Shown: piece by piece, positions 62,730-64,000 of the stretch
Position numbering within the stretch: the first letter of the stretch is position 1
How the letters are laid out: the number at the start of each line of letters is the position of its first letter
Assembly: GCA_009914755.4 (NCBI GenBank)
Contig: CP086569.2
Location: forward strand, 17,408,001-17,472,000
DNA from: the human T2T-CHM13v2.0 reference genome, Homo sapiens
Direction: 5' to 3'
Length of the DNA: 64,000 nucleotides
Translations under genes and position numbers: made by a program
The notes under the pieces: generated by a model
The model's input: the letters and a program-made list of their open reading frames with translations, nothing else
The model's database searches: none
Told to the model about the DNA's origin: nothing

Positions 62730-64000
62730 AAGGAGTTATGAGAAAGGGAGAAAAGGAATTCTGTGGAGTGGAAATATGATTGTTAGGGAGAATAATTGAA
62801 TATATTGAATATGGAACAGAGATTAACTTAACTGGGTAACTTAATTTAATTGATCTTTGGAAATAGTCATTATAAAAAGGTCTCCTCTGGTGTGGCCACA
62901 CCTTGATTTTGTTTTCTTCAGTAAATAATGAGGTAGTAGAGAAGTGGAGAAAGAACAACTGTTACCTTTGGTGGCTCTGAACCTTAGGCAGACAAAGAAA
63001 CTTCAGCTTCTTTGGGAGAGACAGCGAGAGGTGTGGGGAGGGTAAGAGAGATCTTGAAGCTTCTTAGCTTGAGCACGTCAAAACACCATATTTTGGAGCA
63101 TAAGTTTCTAAGCTCCAAAATTTTCAATAATAATGTTTGGGAAGAAGCCCATTTATAAAATAATCCTTGGAATTCAGAAGATAGACTTGAGAATATCAAG
63201 TATAGAATATAGGTTTGAGCTCCAACTTTATTTGGAATTATTTTCATCATGAGTTTATGTAAAAGCAAGATGATTTATGCTAACGTTCATTGATTAACTC
63301 ATTAAAAAAAATCCTGAACATAGGGTAATGAAATATCCATTAAACACTGCATTCCAGACTAAAGCATGTTATTTGGGGGAGATGTTTGATAATCTGTAAA
63401 TACAAACAAATATGTTTCACATGAACTTTCATACATAAAAATGAATTCATAAAGTATTTATAATCAACCCACTGTAATTCCCCAATTGTGGGCAATAAAC
63501 AATAGAAGGAGTGTGTCTCATGAAGTGCATGGGGCAGTTCATTGTGATTTAATGGTTGACATTTGAGTGATGGGACATCCCCTCAGAGGTATATAATAAT
63601 AAACAAGAGTGAAAACATAGACATGAAGCACAACCGTAGTTTAGGGATAAGCTTCAATTAGGTATTTCTAGAGACTCAAACCATTGATATAATCTGTTTT
63701 GGAAATGTTTCTCTATCAACTGTTGGATACAGAAAGACAAACCCAAGATCAAATGGCATTCCACTTAGTAAGTGGATATTGCAATGAATTTATACCTCAG
63801 AACTTCTGAAAGTGTTTGCAGTATCTGGGAGTCCAAAATCAGAATAACACAAACAAACTGTAAGAAAAATAACTGCAAGAATTGTGCATTTGAATAGGTG
63901 CAGGAGTGGAAAATTAATATATTTAACCAAATGTGTCTGATTTTCTTGAGCTATCTTTTGCTTTCAAATATCAGCAGTGCTAATGACTGTCAGCTTTACT

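Overview
This window is not prokaryotic. It reads as primate (human-type) genomic DNA: AT-rich, with no gene-length ORFs and a dense mosaic of primate retroelements. The six-frame ORFs are all short. The longer ones are decayed L1 ORF1/ORF2 remnants or chance ORFs running through Alu and simple repeats. I cannot support any host protein-coding gene, rRNA, tRNA, CRISPR array or operon-like system here, and the expected 'novel system' is not visible. I would rather say so than invent one.

What I can support:
- About 19 Alu SINEs in both orientations, each recognisable by the poly-T ... GAGACGGAGTCTCGCTCTGTCGCCCAGGCTGGAGTGCAGTGG ... CCTCCCAAAGTGCTGGGATTACAGG architecture or its complement.
- One near full-length but coding-dead L1 on the minus strand (about 8500-15125), with an Alu nested inside it.
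- Two composite L1 insertions built from opposite-strand segments. Each has matching target-site duplications (TSDs) and the topology expected of twin-priming 5' inversions (4455-5830 and 37211-40348).
- Many older L1 3'-end fragments.
- Several ERVL-MaLR-type solitary LTRs (THE1/MST-like and an MLT-like family).
- Two hAT/MER1-type non-autonomous DNA transposon copies, one with an 8-bp TSD.
- Many microsatellites and minisatellites: (CA/GT)n, a (CATCAC)n-like 420-bp block, TA-rich blocks of about 100-650 bp, a roughly 38-bp minisatellite, and a 2 x 108-bp tandem duplication.
- An intra-window segmental duplication and rearrangement of about 375 bp (25.2 kb versus 28.5 kb).

All coordinates are read by eye from the printed sequence and may be off by a few bases. 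Family names are from memory of consensus sequences, not from a database search.
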